Positions 13,151 to 24,114 of a stretch of DNA of 64,000 nucleotides are shown piece by piece. Position 1 is the first letter of the stretch, and each line of letters opens with the position of its first letter. Position numbers and translations under genes: made by a program. The DNA comes from the human T2T-CHM13v2.0 reference genome, Homo sapiens. The notes below the pieces were generated by a model. That model searched no databases, was not told the origin of the DNA, and saw only the letters and a program-made list of their open reading frames with translations. The stretch lies in assembly GCF_009914755.1 (NCBI RefSeq), contig NC_060925.1. One strand, written 5' to 3'.

Positions 13151-15319
13151 AGCTTAACAGGGTCTGGAGGAAAGGTAACGCCTCCTTCTTAAAGGGCAAA
13201 CTTAGAGGCGCAGAATCATGGCCTCCAAAATTCAGGTAGAGAGAGACCTTAAGTCACCTTTGCTCTCAAAATATGCACATTTGTTGGGTTACTTCTTCCC
13301 TCTCAACCCTAACTGTTCTGTGGGTTTAATTTCCCTTTCCTCCCCCCTAGGGAATTCTACTGGGCTCGGGTTCTTTGCCCATGTAGACCCACCTGAGCCG
13401 GCGACAAGGGCGCTGCAGTCTTTTTGACCTTCATAGAGATTCTAAGATCCCGAACTCTCAGTTCCAACTATTATGCTCCACTATAGTCCGGCCGTCCACT
13501 TTCCTAAAAGCGGCAACAGTAGCGGGATGGGTGCTGTCAGAATAGAAAGGAAAGAAAGCTTAGTGGACTGCGTGTGCTCAATTGTGAGGGAGAGCAGTGC
13601 TGGTCAAGGGACCTGCCCCATTATACCTGGTAGAACTTTGAATTTAGAGGAGACTTAAGATCTTATCCCCGATGCAGGCTAGAGAGAACCACATGCACCT
13701 GTCCCTCAGCTCAGGAACTGAAAAAATGAACACTGTAATTTTTATGGAACACTTGCGGGCCATTCAGACTACAGCTGGGAGAAGGGGGAACATTTTTTTT
13801 TTTTGTCCCCAGCCACCGGGCCTCAGCCCCTCTGCTGGAGAGGTGAAAGAAAGCAGAGGTACAAAGATGCTTTCCTTATTTAAAGTGCTTATTTAAAGTC
13901 CTTTGAGAATGAGGAGCGGGGAGCTCTTAGGCAATCTTTCTTGGGGGCTCCAAGACAAAAAGAGTAGAAAACCCAGGGTCACACACCCAATTCGAGGGCA
14001 TTCCTTCCCACCCTTCCTGGGCTTCCTCCTTAGGAACTGTGAGAGAAGGCAGGGCTGGACCCATGGGGACGTATTTCCGCAGAGCTAACAAGGACCTCCC
14101 AAACTCCAGCTGACCCCCACCCCACCCCCAGCTTTCTCCAGACTTCCTGCGTTCACTGAGAAGGAAGAATCCTGGCAGTTTGCTTCTTTACAGGAAGTAG
14201 CAAATGCCACTGGATGCAGGAACTTATAACCTGAGTTTTATAAGAGCAGGAATAGCTAGGATTCAACTTGGAAACTGATTGCAGAAGGTGTTCTGCCTTG
14301 CCTGTACCTAGATGATTAACAAACTTGTGTGGAATAGAAGAATGAATGGATGATTGGAGGGCTTACAAAACCTCTGTGTTTGGCTTCCCTGGAGACGCTG
14401 TAAAGTTCTGGCTTTTTCCTGGAGTTGTTTAACTTTCCCTGCATGCAGTCTCCAAAGTTTTATCTCTTGCAAGGAAGCAGTGGTATTCTTGGGTTCTTCA
14501 TTGTTGATTTTGCTGAGCAGGGGCAATATGCAACAAGAACCAAACCTAATTTCAAACACCCCCATTTGGGGGTTGGGAGAGGTTTTAGCACAGAAACTAG
14601 ACAAAGTAGGTTGAAGTCCTGTATTTACTTTTTGCTTGGAGCTTCCTTGGGTGAATTGACTGAGGGGACTTCTCAGAGACTCCTCCTCCTCCTCCTCTTT
14701 CTCCCTCTCCTCCTCCAGCTCTGAGCCAGTTTAGCCTCTGACTTGTGTGAAGGCAATCTGCCCTTTTGTGAGAGGACCTGCTGTCTCTGAAAGGACTGCT
14801 GCCCCCAGCCCCTCCTCAGGGCCCTTCTTGTGTGCACGTGGGTTTGAAAAGCTCATTGATTCCCATCCAAAGGGGCTAATTACATTACTTACAGTAAATA
14901 GCAGCCCTGCTGTCAGGTATAGCTGCCAAAGTAAGGAGGAGGGGGATGTCTCCAGCTTAGTTCACTTGATTGGCTTCATTTTTGTGTGAAATTGCGTTTT
15001 ATGAGCTGCATTTTGGCACCCGGAGGACTTAAACTGCGTCCAGTCTGCAAATAACATTATTTTTGACCCTGAGAAAAAAGGAGGGGAAGCAGTAGTGTCT
15101 TCAGTTTCATGGAAGAGGTCACTCCAGGAGCCTCAGAAGACAACGCTTTGGGACAGGAAGTCAGGCTGCTGCACCAGGGGTCGTTTCCTCTCTCGCTTTA
15201 TTTCTGCCTTCCTTCCTTCCCCTTCTTCTCATCCTCTCACTTCTTTTTTTCTTTCCTTCTTCCCTCTCTCCCTCTCTCCCTGGCTTTTCTCCCGTCATCT
15301 TTCTAGCTTTGGCCACAGT

Positions 15320-16010
15320 TCCCGGTCGGGCTCCCCCGGGCGGAGGGAAGCGGGTCTGCGGCCGGGCGGCTCTTGTGAGGTATCTAGGATGTGCCAGGAC
15401 ACAGGCACCGCAGTCCTGGGAAAGGCGGCGGGAAGTAGTGGGGAACGCAGGCTGACGAAGGGGACGGAAGGAACAGAGAGCGGCCGGCGCGTCCTCCTCT
15501 CTGGGTAAAGCCGCGTTGGTTCCTGCCGCAGCGCTGTGCTTCGGACTCCTAGGGGGCCTCTGGCCGTTTGAATGAATCGACAATATCAGAGTATTGTGGA
15601 CACTTTTTAATGGGGCCGGGGAGGGGCCGCCGCTGCCGAGAACTGAGGGCGACAGAACAATCCCACCTCTTGTGAGGAGCAGGTCTGCCATTCTGCTTGT
15701 CAGTTCTCACCTTCCCCTCCTCCACGGCAAAGAGTCCCTTTCACACCCTTCTGAGTGTGCGGGTGCGCCCAGTTTTACAAGTCCTCTGTCCTGCCAGGGT
15801 AGTGGGAGAAGCACGCGATGGGGCTAGCGCCCAGTCCTGCGGGGGCAGGCGCCAAGCTCCCGGGAGTCCGCAAGTCGCTTCCTATATTGGCAAGCTTCAA
15901 ATGAGACATTAGAATCTCCGGCAACCTTCCTTCAAACCTGAACCGGGGAAGAGAATAAGCCGCCCTATGGCCAAGGCGCAATTGCGTACCCGTGTGTACA
16001 GGTCCATGCC
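15320..16010. promoter_or_regulatory. CpG island upstream of the proximal LHX9 promoter
   Basis: GC- and CpG-rich block. Confidence 0.65.
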
Positions 16011-16481
16011 CTGTCCCCTACACTCTAATTTTCTCAAAGAAAATTGTTTTGCCAAAAGTAACCCTGAGAAATGCAGACGCTCCAAACGCCCTCTCCACTT
16101 CGGATGAAGCCAGCATCTAGTAGGGTCTCCGGCCCTCAAGAAGGTGAGGCAAAGAGATGAATTGTCAGACAGCTGCTTTTAAAAGTGGATTGAGGAAGAT
16201 GGGATGGGGAGGAGAGGAACCAGCATTATCTCCACCTCAGTAAATTGCTTACATTTCTGCTCAATATTTATGCATTTCGGGTGACAGTCCTGCAGGCTGG
16301 GGATGAAAAAGTCCACAAGGAGGAAATCCAAAGTTTGAAGTTGATATTCTCTGTGTCCTGAGCCAAGGTCTGATCTTGAACTCGGATCAAATAGGCGGGT
16401 TCTAGGCCTTCTGCAACAGGGCGGGGACAACAAGAGCTCCTTTTCCCCTTTAAAACATGACTGCTGGGAACTCTTGGAAGG

Positions 16482-16482
16482 A

Positions 16483-16516
<34 letters not shown>

Positions 16517-16531
16517 CGCGCGTGTGTGTGT
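16482..16531. repeat. (TG)13(CG)7(TG)4 alternating purine-pyrimidine microsatellite
   Basis: Counted directly from the sequence. Confidence 0.95.
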
Positions 16532-17129
16532 TTTGTGGGGAGGTAAATGCCCCCTCCTCCTGCCTCCCCGCTCTCTATCCCCCCACCCCTTTGTAATGTT
16601 TGTCCTGCTTGCCCATCACCAGGGGGTTGAGAGGAGTATGACAGGTCTTTGTTGTCTGAATAAAAATCCGTGGCAGCTCCGGGGAGAGAACTCCTCCTAC
16701 TAAATTATCAAAAATGGGCTGGCTTTAGTCTCTTAACAAATTGGACACAGCTCAGGCAGGAGCAGTCCCCAACCCAATCTACAGGCACTGGGAACTTGCA
16801 AGCAGCCAGGGAACGCTGAAAATAGCACGTCTTTTTCTTTCTTTGTGTTCAAAACTATTTTCTTTCTTCACCAGATTTTGTTTTCCTCCCCCCGCTGCAG
16901 TTGTTTCCCATTAGTAACTCGATCTCTCAGAGCAGTAAGATTCGCCTTCTACGCCTCTTTTTCCCTCCGCCCGAATTGTTTGTTTTCTGCACATCTCCTT
17001 CAGGGAGCCGCTGAGGCTTCCCCCCAACTCTTCCCAGTTCTTTTTGCTTCCCCTCGGCCCCCCAAGCAGACCGATTTCCACTCCATCTGTTTCTTCTCCT
17101 CCTTTCTCTCCCTCTTTCCCTCCATCCTC

Positions 17130-18060
17130 GAGCGTCTCTGCGCTCCTACAGGGCAGCCCTCTCTGGTCCCTTGCCTCCTTCACTCGGATGAGCTGAAAGC
17201 CCCGGGCGTGTGTATATGGAAATAGTGGGGTGCCGAGCAGAAGACAACTCGTGTCCTTTCCGCCCCCCAGCCATGCTCTTTCACGGGATCTCCGGAGGCC
17301 ACATCCAAGGCATCATGGAGGAGATGGAGCGCAGATCCAAGACTGAGGCCCGTCTGGCCAAAGGCGCCCAGCTCAACGGCCGCGACGCGGTAAGGAAGGG
17401 CTCCGCCGCGGCGGTAGCCGGGCACCCCTGCGCCCTCTGTTAAACCAAGCCGACTCCCTGGCCGGTGGAGAACCGGAGCGGCGGGTCGTAGAGACGTCCG
17501 CTTGAGGGTGGCGGGTGAGTTTTCTCCCGTCCACCTATGCCTACAGGGCTAAGAAACGGTCGTTTTTCTGAATCGAAATGTCTGCAGCTGGCTATCCTCC
17601 GTCGCAGCTGATTCCGAAAGAGCAGGGAGAGGAACTGGGAGGAGGTGGGATGGGGGGTGGTGGCATTCTCTTCTACAGACCTCAAGGTTCCCTTGATTCC
17701 GGGGCAGGCGTCTCCCCGGCGAGGATCCGCAGCTCCGAGGGCAAGCTGGGCATAAGCAATAGGAGGACGGCGCGCTGCCGAGGCGTCCGAGCCAAGCAGG
17801 AGCCCAGGTGGCCTTAGTCTCTGGGCCTGATGACCGGACCTGTGGAGTAGATTCCGACGCGACTGGGTCATTTCCAGTTCTCTAGACGCTCGGGGCTTGG
17901 GACCCCTAACCGAGAGAATCTCAGGGTTTCTGGCATCCCGACTCAGTCCCTCTAAGGAGACAGCACTACGTTTAGCGCCAGGACCCGGCGGGTGTCATGT
18001 GTAGGGGGAAATCAAATAAAACATACGGAGGAGCGCGGCACCCAGTCGAAACGCATGAAC
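17130..18060. promoter_or_regulatory. CpG island over LHX9 exon 1 / intron 1
   Basis: High CpG density; CCAAT motif upstream at about 16774. Confidence 0.75.
17216..17389 (+). CDS. LHX9: LHX9 coding exon 1 (MEIVGCRAED...LNGRDA), 397-aa isoform
   Basis: ATG 17216; donor GCG|GTAAGG at 17389/17390, phase 0; contains the LHX2/9 MLFHG..IMEEMERR motif. Exon lengths 174+203+356+203+258 = 1194 nt = 397 aa + stop. Confidence 0.93.
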
Positions 18061-18188
18061 TTTATAACCAACCCTTAAACAAGCTAATCAACCACCACTG
18101 TTTCTACTATCCATAATAATAAAGTCATGTCCTCTTAATAAAGAAAACTAATTACTTATCTAAGCGCTTCCCTTTCCAGATTACTAAC

Positions 18189-18203
18189 GGGGGGGGGGGG
18201 GGG
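18189..18203 (+). repeat. G15 homopolymer
   Basis: 15 consecutive G in LHX9 intron 1. Confidence 0.9.
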
Positions 18204-19365
18204 AACTACAGAAGTCTCCGGAAATTATTTCGGCCAAACATAGCTGTGTAGATCCTTTGGTACCACAGTAGGACTTGTAGCCCAAACTAATCAGGAGACT
18301 GCTCTAGCCCTTATCAGCTGGGTTTTGGGTCCGGCCAAGTAGCCCAACTGGTGAACGTGTCTATATTTGTAACACTCATTCAGTGCCGGGGCCCCTGGTC
18401 GGAGTAAAGGGCTAAACTTTACTTTTTCAGGCCCGCTGAAGTTTCGTGGGGAAGATCAACCCATTTCTGCTAGTCGTGAGGGAAATGTCCGGAGGTTAAC
18501 TCCTTTTCCCTTTTTCTGGTCATCACTTTTAAAAACAAATAGTAGCAACCCAAACCCAAATTTTGCAGCGGGGCTGGGCTCCTCAAGGTGGGGCCACTGG
18601 GGCATCCCGAGTCGGGTCAGTGGGACCCAGAGGGAAGCATAACTTGGGCACTAAACAGATTTTCAAGACAAAGGTCTCAGTACGCCTGTTGATGCTAGGG
18701 AAAGAGGGGACTGTATACAGCGGGCTGGACAGCGGACCCTCTTTGGGAACAGCCACTTTACACATTTATTGGGAACGGCACCAATAGCCCTGAAAATTAG
18801 GGAACAGCAGGGGCTGCCAAATATATCTCAATCAAAACAAAGTCGACCAAATTATGAGCAGAGGTCCAATAATCTCCCCTTTGCTTTTGATTTCAATGCT
18901 GCTTATAAGAATTTAGAGAAATCGAACTGTAATATTTTTTGTTTAAAAATAACCTGTGCTCGTTGAAATTTCCTTTTCACTCCCTTATCATTTCCGTTGT
19001 TTTATTTTGTGTGCGTCGAAAACCACAATTTTTAGCTTGTAATTATTTGAATTCGGAAACGATCACCAAACTGTAGTCAATATTTTCCTAGTCCTTTTTA
19101 AGCGAGGCTCCGGATGGCTGGGATGTCTTTAGGTTAGTAGTCCCGGGAGGACGCGAACGCCGGTTCAGGCAGACACGGAAGAAAGCAAGCGGGCCGCAAA
19201 GAGAGAAATCACAAATGTTTCCCCTGACTTTTGCCTTTGTGCAGTGGACCCTGGCCCCTGCCGCTCTCCCTGCACACCCTGGGCTTGGTCTGCCTGGGGG
19301 AGAACCCCGCGTCGTGCGGCTACACCGCGCGCCCTCCTCAGCCTTGCGGTGTGCTTTCTTTGCAG

Positions 19366-19568
19366 GGCATGCCCCCGCTCAGCCCGGAGAAGCCCGCCCT
19401 GTGCGCCGGCTGCGGGGGCAAGATCTCGGACAGGTACTATCTGCTGGCTGTGGACAAACAGTGGCATCTGAGATGCCTGAAGTGCTGTGAATGTAAGCTG
19501 GCCCTCGAGTCCGAGCTCACCTGCTTTGCCAAGGACGGTAGCATTTACTGCAAGGAGGATTACTACAG
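19366..19568 (+). CDS. LHX9: LHX9 coding exon 2 (LIM domain 1)
   Basis: Acceptor CTTTCTTTGCAG at 19365; CAGC-x-WHLRCLKCCEC-x-YCKED LIM zinc ligands; donor AG|GTACTC at 19568/19569. Confidence 0.97.
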
Positions 19569-20697
19569 GTACTCCCCTACACCCCCACTTCCTACGCCCG
19601 AGTACACCTGGAGGGGCCATCTGCCTGAGCCCGGAATCCCCTCTCCGTCCCCTACCTTTTGCCCCATTCCGGGTGCTGTTATCATTTCGGAGACCAGGCA
19701 AACCCACTGCATATGCCTTCAAGCTGTAATCTCCCTGACCGACGGTGAGGGTGGGTGGGAGGGACATTAAAAATCTAGAGCTTTATCAGCGAATACCACG
19801 CACTCCCATCACTTCTCAGCTTGGCTGGCGGAACTTGGGGAAATCTGGGGAAGAGTAAATGGACGTGGTCTCCGTCTACCGAGACTTGATTGGGTGTTTG
19901 TTTTCCGCTTGCTACGAATTGGGCAAGTTCTGCGCCTTGAAACTGAACTAGTGGCTCGGGCAGCAGCAACAGAGTGTTAGGTTTTCGTAGGTGGCAGGAG
20001 ACTCTGTAAATGACTATGAAAAGGAATAAATGCCATTGCCAAAACCCAAGCCACTCAGTTCCGGGTTCCTTTTATCGCTAGTTACAACCATGCCCCCCAG
20101 ATTGGAGAAAATCAGCAGCAGGCGTCTTTATTGATTCTTCTCAGTTATGTTTCTGGATTGGGAAAGACAGGACTAAGTGCAGGTGACCTAGTTCCGCTCT
20201 CAGCCCAAGCAAGATAAGTTGTTAAAAAAATAATAACCTTTCCTTTACAAAATCGTCATCTTCCAGGACTGTGTCCGCATGCTTTCCCACACCCGCGCAC
20301 ATCCAGGAATAATTATATCTTCTTTCATTCATATGTTTTGTAATTGATTAAGTGTTTTCACTTGGCATGGCAATTTAATATTCTAGTACCGTGAGTTAGC
20401 TAGTGCTAACTAGTGGTTTGCTTATTTAAATTTTTTTTAATGTTTTAAATTTTCACTTTGCAGAGAAGAAAACTAAGGCTTAGTTGCCCGATTCTTCTGA
20501 CTTTAATGTAAAGATCCTTTGTCTTGGTTTATCAGAAAAGGTCGATGAGCAAATAAAATTAATGCCTACTCTCCTGTCCCCCTGGAACCCTCCCAGGTCC
20601 CAGTCTCAGGCCACTGCAGACCAAACCCAGGTGTCGCGGGTGGGATATGGCTCTGCCTTGCTTCAACTAGCGCCCTGACTCAACTGTTTCCTTCCAG

Positions 20698-21053
20698 AAG
20701 GTTCTCTGTGCAGAGATGTGCCCGCTGCCACCTTGGCATTTCCGCCTCGGAGATGGTCATGCGCGCCCGAGACTCTGTCTACCACCTGAGCTGCTTCACC
20801 TGCTCCACTTGCAACAAGACTCTGACCACGGGCGACCATTTCGGCATGAAGGACAGCCTGGTGTACTGCCGCGCCCACTTCGAGACCCTCTTGCAAGGAG
20901 AGTATCCACCGCAGCTGAGCTACACGGAGCTGGCGGCCAAGAGCGGCGGCCTGGCCCTGCCTTACTTCAACGGTACGGGCACCGTGCAGAAAGGGCGGCC
21001 CCGGAAGCGGAAGAGCCCAGCGCTGGGAGTGGACATCGTCAATTACAACTCAG
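20698..21053 (+). CDS. LHX9: LHX9 coding exon 3 (LIM domain 2 and KGRPRKRK basic motif)
   Basis: Acceptor TTTCCTTCCAG at 20697; CARC-x-YHLSCFTCSTC-x-YCRAH; donor CAG|GTGTGC at 21053/21054. Confidence 0.97.
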
Positions 21054-22314
21054 GTGTGCCTCCTATCCTCACCCCCGGCGCAGCCCCGGCCTCCCTGAGG
21101 AAAATTCGTAGAGCTCCTTCCCCGTCCAAAGTCTTGCTGCAAGAGTGTGTTTTGCCCAATGCCTCTGTTCTCACTGCAACTCCCTCTCACTCTGAAGGAA
21201 GGGAGAGAGGGAGGAGGAGGGGGGAAGGGAGGGAGAGGCAGCACTTTATTTAGGTTGTGGCAAAAAACACATTCATAACTATGGGGCTGTAGTGACTTTC
21301 CCCAAACAGGCAGAGCCAAATCCTTGTTGCCCATTAGTTAATGAGCCCATTAGTTTCTGGCTCTCAGTTGGAGCAAAACAGCCCCAGGGCAATTTCTTTG
21401 TGGAGGCCAAATTATAGATCCTGTAGGAGGTTTCCTAAATACTGAAGAAAAAAAAAAAAAGTCTACAGAGCCCAACCCTAGTCTGTCTAGAGGGGTCAGA
21501 GGCTGTGGTCACCAGCCCAAAGTTAATCAGGAACACAGTTGGCAAGAGTGTTGAAAAACCTAATCCCTGATCTTGGCAAAAAGCAGTTGTAGGGGTGGGA
21601 ATCACTCTCCACAGCTGAGCTAGCCTGTGTCTTTCCTAAGCCAGGATATTCAACCAGCCGTCTCATTCCCGGTGTGATAGACCATCCAGACATCCAGACC
21701 CCTGGAACTGAAAGTACCTCCAGGTCAGGCCTCCTGAAGAGGCTTAGTGGTATCTCAGGCCATTCATCTATACTCAACCACCTTCTCTCTTCATTAAAAA
21801 CAACATGCAGACAACAAGTCAAGAACACATTCTTCCTTGCTTTGGGGGACACGCCTATCATGTATCAATCTCTCACATGCAGCAGTTTCCCATTGTTGGT
21901 AGCCTGCCCCCACTCCCCATCCTCCAGGTGAGGATGGTGATCGGCTCTGCAGATGATAATCTAACTCTGAGCAGAACAGAAGCTATTCTTGTGAGTCCCA
22001 ATCACTGGAAAAAAAGAGGTTGTAGAAAGCCCTGGCGCACTTTTGGGGAGCCTAAGGACCTTAACTGCTTTGGCTTTCAGTGCCCTGGCCCACATGTGGC
22101 TGAGAATCTCAGCAGACTCAGGACAGGGGAGACCATTCTGTTGGAAGGAACCTTGAGGACCTTATTATGGCAACCCCACTCTATTACTATGAATGCCCCC
22201 AGATACCAAGCATGGGCATCTCAGAGCATGGGATCTTGCCTGTTTTTCTCTTCCAGTTCCCAGGGCCTGGTATGGTGCCTGACATTGCTAGTCAATGGTA
22301 AAGAACAGTGTCCA

Positions 22315-22392
22315 GCCAGTTAAGTGATTTGCCCAAGATCACACAGCCAGTGTGAATGTGAAGCTAAGAGTCCTGCTCTGAGTTTAGAGTTT
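22315..22392. mobile_element. MIR fragment
   Basis: GTTAAGTGATTTGCCCAAGATCACACAGCCAGT matches the MIR core. Confidence 0.7.
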
Positions 22393-22888
22393 TCAGGGGA
22401 ACCCACACAGGATGAGTGGCCGCTCTCTCAGACCTCCGTTGGGCTCTCTCCTGGGGTTCTCTACCGACTGATCTAACTGAAGAGGAGAATCCTTTATGGG
22501 CAAGCACAGCGGGTGGACTTGCAGGGAGAATGGGGAGCAATGAGGAACACTGTGCGGCAGCACTTGTCCCTAGGGGGTTCATACCAGGGCTGCTGGACGA
22601 AAAGAAAAGGACCTGCCGGCTCACTGCAAATCTCACCAGGGTCGGTCAATCTGTGTGAGGGCAGCGGGCGAAGCCCCGGGTTTTGGCAACCCTCAGTAGT
22701 GGCCATGCCCTCACACTGGCCCCTGCTGTGCTGGGGCAGGAGATTTGGTTAGGGGCCACTTTGCCCAGCATGCTTACTTCATCTTCTTTGATGCGTGGTC
22801 CCCGGGGCAGGGCAGGCAGGGCACTAATTGTTCTTTATTAATAGAAGGTGACATTGGAATCTCAAGCCACTCACCAAGGCCCTAATTC

Positions 22889-22890
<2 letters not shown>

Positions 22891-22919
<29 letters not shown>
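22891..22919. repeat. (AG)14 microsatellite
   Basis: Direct repeat in LHX9 intron 3. Confidence 0.95.
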
Positions 22920-22923
<4 letters not shown>

Positions 22924-24095
22924 AAGCCACTCATACATAAACTAGTGAGTTTTTTTTTGAAAGAAAGGATCTCTCAGCCCGGATAAAGTCCAGAAGGGTG
23001 AAGATTTCTAGCCAAATAGTAGGCAAGCCTGACTTTTTGATTGTTTATTTAATCTAATTAGCTAAATTTGATTTCGCCTTGGATCTTCATGTTAGATCCA
23101 AGGAGCTTTAAGAACAGTAGAATTTAGATTCTTTTACTTCTCTGAAAATAACTAGAGAGTACAAATTTATTTTTAAGAAGAATAAAAGAATCCTTCTGAG
23201 CCACTTAGGTCTTTAGTTTGCAGATTAATGCTGCTACAAGTTGTTGTGGAGAAGGTCGCTTTTGTCTTGGTCCCAAAGGAGGGAAAAATTGCTTAGGCCC
23301 CCTTAGCCCGAAGAGTTTGTACCTCGCACCACTACAAACTGGATGCCTCTTAGTTAACATCTACTCCATCCTTTCTGGACTTTTCCCAGAGATACTATTC
23401 AATAGTATATATATTTTAGAGATCAGGTTAAAATTATCTATGGGAATTGGTTTGAAGATGCCTGACCAGAAATCAGGCCATCATTTAAAACAGTGCTTGC
23501 GAATCTGATGCCACTTTGTTCCAAAACTAGGGAAAGAAACCCTTCAGCAAATTAAACACGCGTTAAAATGTAAAAAAATAAAATAAATCCAGTTTTAACT
23601 CGTTATTTTAGCCTTCTTTGGATTTTGTCTTGCTATCTTTCATTAAATGTAAACATTAAATGTAAACAAGTCTCATAAAGGGTAAGGTTGATACTAAACT
23701 AAGTATAATTTACACAATATGTTTTCAAAATGTGCAGAAAACATGTTTGTGATTCAAAGAATCTCAGAGAAGATGTGAAACTTGGCAAAGGCCAGCTAGT
23801 GCTTGATAGGGCAAATGCCTTTTAATGAGAATGTCCCTAGTTTTGTTTATACCTCTGTGCAAATTAATCAGGCAAATATTTTAGAAAGAGACATGGAAAG
23901 TTTACCTGAAATGCTAGCTTGAAATAAAGCCCTCTAGGGATGAGAAGAAGATTTAGTTTAGGATAGGAAGCTCTTATTTGTGTAATTTAAACATTAATTG
24001 AGAGATTAAACTTTTGCCACTTCTCAAAATATCCTTTCCTTAAGCCCTTTCTTCCTATCCAAACTTTTAAGGCTCCTGGTGGTTAAATTAGCCTG

Positions 24096-24114
24096 GCACT
24101 GACCCCTAGTGGTC
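24096..24114 (-). promoter_or_regulatory. Candidate CTCF site
   Basis: Reverse complement GACCACTAGGGGTCAGTGC has one mismatch to the CCASYAGRKGGCRS core. Confidence 0.55.

Noticed and set aside
10178-16139. Many 60-186 aa ORFs in the LHX9 upstream CpG islands
   Set aside because: Expected by chance in GC-rich DNA; no recognisable homology; many start at non-ATG codons
19165-19767. 200-aa antisense ORF over LHX9 exon 2 (and similar ones over exons 3-5)
   Set aside because: Antisense shadow of GC-rich coding sequence; no independent evidence
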